Part shown: one piece after another, positions 61,591 through 64,000 of the stretch
Layout of the letters: the number at the start of each line of letters is the position of its first letter
Numbering within the stretch: position 1 is the first letter of the stretch
Source: Betaproteobacteria bacterium
GTDB lineage: Bacteria > Pseudomonadota > Gammaproteobacteria > Burkholderiales > CAIKXV01
Direction: 5' to 3'
DNA: 64,000 nt
Assembly: GCA_021298815.1 (NCBI GenBank)
Contig: JAJTHE010000040.1
Location: forward strand, 3,999-67,998
The notes under the pieces: model-generated
The model's input: only the letters and a program-made list of their open reading frames with translations
What the model was told of the DNA's origin: nothing
Database searches by the model: none
Translations under genes and position numbers: made by a program

Positions 61591-62877
61591 TCAGCCATGC
61601 GCCTGGAGATCGTCCGGCGGATCGACCAGCGCGCCGCAGGCGCGCAGGGCTGCGATGCGCTGCGGGTCGAAGCCGGCGTCCGCCAGCACCTCGTCATTGT
61701 GCTCGCCCAGCGCCGGTGCGGGCAGCCTGATCGCCCCCGGGGTCCCGGACAGCCGGGGCACCACGCAATGCATCGGCACCTGCCCCATGTCGGCATCGGG
61801 ATAGTCGGCCAGCACCTCGCGCTCGATCACGTAGGGATCCTGCATGATCTGCGAGATATCGTATATCGGACCCACGGTCACTTCCGCCCGGTCGAAGAAC
61901 GCGAGGTTCTCGGCAAGCGTCATCCCGGCGATGAATTCGCCGATCACCGCATCGAGCGCCGCCGAATGGCGCAGCCGCTCGGCATTGGTGCGGAAGCGCG
62001 GGTCGTCGACCAGGTCCGCGCGGCCGATCGCACGCAGCACGCGCTCGGCCATGGCCTGGGTCGACGCGGACAGGCAGACCCAGCGCTCGTCGCGGGTCCG
62101 GTAGGCGTTGCGCGGCGCCGCGGTGGTGGACCGGCTGCCGGTGCGCGAACGCAGGCGTCCGCTCGCGCGATAGCTGGCGGCCTGCGGCCCCATCACCGAG
62201 AACAGCGGGTCGAACAGCGACAGGTCGATCGACTGGCCTGCGCCGGCGTTCACCTCGACCTCGCGCAGGGCGATCATCGTCGCGAACGCGCCATAGAGGC
62301 CGGCCGTGCAGTCGGCGAGCTGCATCGGCGGCAGCACCGGCTCGCGGTCCTCGAAGCCGTTCAGCGCGGCGAAGCCGGACATCCCCTCGGCCAGGGTGCC
62401 GAACCCCGGCTTGTGCCGGTACGGACCGTCCTGGCCCCAGCCGGTCACGCGCACCAGCACCAGCTTCGGGTTTCGCGCATGCAGCACCGCCGGACCGAGG
62501 CCCATCTTCTCCAGCGTGCCGGGGCGGAAGTTCCCGATCAGCACCTGTGCGCCTTCCACCAGCGACAGCCGGGCCTCGATCGCCCCCGGCCGGCGCAGGT
62601 TCAGGCACAGGCTCTTCTTGTTGCGGGCATAGACCTTCCAGTTGGTCGGCACGTCGGCGACCAGCCAGTCGCGCAGCGCATCGCCGTCGGGCGTCTCGAC
62701 CTTGACCACCTCGGCGCCGAAATCGGCCAGCGCCAGGCTCACCATGTTGCCCGCGACCACCCGCGACAGGTCGAGCACGCGTACGCCCTGCAGCGGACCG
62801 GTGGCGCCGGGTTCGAACGCGCGCTGCCGAAGCGGCGTGGCTGGCACGCGATCCGCCTTCGCGGGGTCTTCGGCCAT
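61591..62877 (-). CDS. Family III CoA-transferase (CaiB/BaiF)
   Basis: Track ORF 61591..63105 trimmed to ATG 62877. LQGVRVLDLSRVVAGNMVSLALADFGAEVVKVETP is present. 428 aa. Confidence 0.85.
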   Translation of the reverse strand: MAEDPAKADRVPATPLRQRAFEPGATGPLQGVRVLDLSRVVAGNMVSLALADFGAEVVKVETPDGDALRDWLVADVPTNWKVYARNKKSLCLNLRRPGAIEARLSLVEGAQVLIGNFRPGTLEKMGLGPAVLHARNPKLVLVRVTGWGQDGPYRHKPGFGTLAEGMSGFAALNGFEDREPVLPPMQLADCTAGLYGAFATMIALREVEVNAGAGQSIDLSLFDPLFSVMGPQAASYRASGRLRSRTGSRSTTAAPRNAYRTRDERWVCLSASTQAMAERVLRAIGRADLVDDPRFRTNAERLRHSAALDAVIGEFIAGMTLAENLAFFDRAEVTVGPIYDISQIMQDPYVIEREVLADYPDADMGQVPMHCVVPRLSGTPGAIRLPAPALGEHNDEVLADAGFDPQRIAALRACGALVDPPDDLQAHG

Positions 62878-62882
62878 GGCGG

Positions 62883-63962
62883 TCAATCCGGACGGATGCC
62901 CGCTTCGCGGGCCACCTTGCGCCAGAACAGGATCTCGTCGCGCACGATGCGGGTGAACTCCTCCGGCGTGGTGCCTGCAGGCTCCGCGCCTTCGGCGGCA
63001 AGACGCTCGCGCATCTCGGCCGTCTGCAGCACCTTGACCGTCTCGGCGTTCAGGCGGTCGATGATCGGCTTCGGCGTCCCGCCCGGCGCGAACAGCCCCC
63101 ACCACAGCACGGCCGCATACCCCGGCACGCCGGACTCGGCGATCGTCGGCACGTCGGGTACGAACGGCGAACGCACCGGCGTCGACACGGCCAGCGCCCG
63201 CACCCGTCCCGACTTCACCTGCGGCATCACGTTCGGGATGCCCGACAGCAGGAACTGGATCTGGCCGCCCATCAGGTCGATGAGCGCGGGGCCGATACCC
63301 TTGTACGGCACGTGCACCGTCTGCACCTTCGCCATCCGGTTTAGCACCTCGGTGGCGAGATGGTTGACCCCACCGCTGCCGGAGGATCCGTAGTTGAGCG
63401 AACCCGGCTTCGCGCGCGCCAGCGCGATCAGTTCCTGCATCGTCTTCGCCGGGAACTCGGCGGACACCGTGATCATCAGCGCCCCCATGCCAAGCCGGGT
63501 CACCGGCGCGATGTCGCGGAACGGATCGAACGGCACCTTCGACTGGATCGCCACGTTGGTGGTGAACGAGGTCGAGTGGATCATCAGGTTGTAGCCGTCC
63601 GGCGGCGCCTTCGCGACGATGCCCGCCCCGAGCAGCCCGCCCGCGCCAGGACGGTTGTCGATCAGGACCGGCTGCCCCAGCGACTCGCTCAGCCGCTGGC
63701 CGACGATGCGTCCGAAGATGTCGTTGCTGCCGCCGGGCGTGAACGGCACGACGAAGCGCAGCGGACGGTTCGGGTACGGCTGGGTCGGGGCGGCCTGTGC
63801 GGACGCAGGCGCGGCGGGCAGCAGGTACAGCGCGGCCCCTGCGCAGGCGGTGGACAGGGCGCAGGCGACGGACAGCACAACCCGGGACGCCGGCGGGCGG
63901 GCAGCCGGCACGGCACGCAGGCCATGCGCGCCGGGCGCGGATGCAACGTGGCGGGGGATCAT
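62883..63962 (-). CDS. Bug/TctC-family periplasmic solute-binding protein
   Basis: 359-aa track ORF with AAGGAG SD before ATG 63962. A long n-region and signal segment are followed by PYPNRPLRFVVPFTPGGSND. Confidence 0.88.
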   Translation of the reverse strand: MIPRHVASAPGAHGLRAVPAARPPASRVVLSVACALSTACAGAALYLLPAAPASAQAAPTQPYPNRPLRFVVPFTPGGSNDIFGRIVGQRLSESLGQPVLIDNRPGAGGLLGAGIVAKAPPDGYNLMIHSTSFTTNVAIQSKVPFDPFRDIAPVTRLGMGALMITVSAEFPAKTMQELIALARAKPGSLNYGSSGSGGVNHLATEVLNRMAKVQTVHVPYKGIGPALIDLMGGQIQFLLSGIPNVMPQVKSGRVRALAVSTPVRSPFVPDVPTIAESGVPGYAAVLWWGLFAPGGTPKPIIDRLNAETVKVLQTAEMRERLAAEGAEPAGTTPEEFTRIVRDEILFWRKVAREAGIRPD

Positions 63963-64000
63963 CGATACTCCTTCGGATGTCTCGGTGCGGCCCGTGCTCG

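Noticed and set aside
1-64000. Genomic island, prophage or horizontally acquired block; tRNA or rRNA genes.
   Set aside because: I saw no integrase, transposase or phage gene, no flanking direct repeats, no tRNA-like sequence and no extended low-GC segment. The AT-rich patches are all under 40 bp and intergenic.

Overview
Very GC-rich (judged by eye, not computed) bacterial chromosomal DNA. The gene content reads like a Burkholderiales-type betaproteobacterium; this is inferred from seven Bug/TctC-family periplasmic binding proteins, an aat-bpt pair and an aminotransferase-hom-thrC operon. I support 58 protein-coding genes. 56 come from the ORF track, many after trimming spurious 5' extensions. 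The other two are my own reads: a partial gene at the left edge and a 49-codon ORF. I recognised no rRNA, tRNA, CRISPR array, transposase, integrase or phage gene. Layout: (1) 0.2-15.1 kb holds Bug-associated catabolic clusters (M20 peptidases, GMC oxidoreductase, ThDP enzyme, DUF1028, acyl-CoA synthetase, amidohydrolase, GlcG). (2) 15.2-23.7 kb is a respiratory/redox block: GbsR-type regulator + cydAB (CIO-type), persulfide-dioxygenase-like MBL + DUF2892, Crp/Fnr-type regulator, FixI/CcoI-type P-type ATPase and OmpW. (3) 23.8-34.3 kb is housekeeping (aat, bpt, ferredoxin, pseudouridine synthase, nth, DUF1841), interrupted by a triple-RidA protein coupled to a 1234-aa DUF748 envelope protein. 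(4) 34.3-41.3 kb has two monohaem cytochromes c, two translationally coupled SulP transporters, and a PduO-type adenosyltransferase + ECF sigma/anti-sigma. (5) 41.4-48.8 kb has small regulators/enzymes and the threonine operon. (6) 48.9-64 kb has an MCP with a polytopic His-rich sensor, a GGDEF protein, two CoA-transferase/C-C-lyase modules, and a hydroxyquinol-type dioxygenase coupled to a MATE exporter. I found no clear-cut novel multi-gene system such as a defence island. The most unusual items are: a single-chain triple RidA protein coupled to DUF748; a SulP paralogue with a ~128-aa coiled-coil insertion; several strikingly perfect palindromic operator candidates (28-bp CRP/FNR-geometry palindrome, a triple half-site before the GbsR-cydAB unit, twin TGTGATCACA sites); two hexanucleotide microsatellites flanking the start of a Bug gene; and one canonical terminator pointing against both neighbouring genes. 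All functional calls rest on motif recognition by eye, because no database search was possible.
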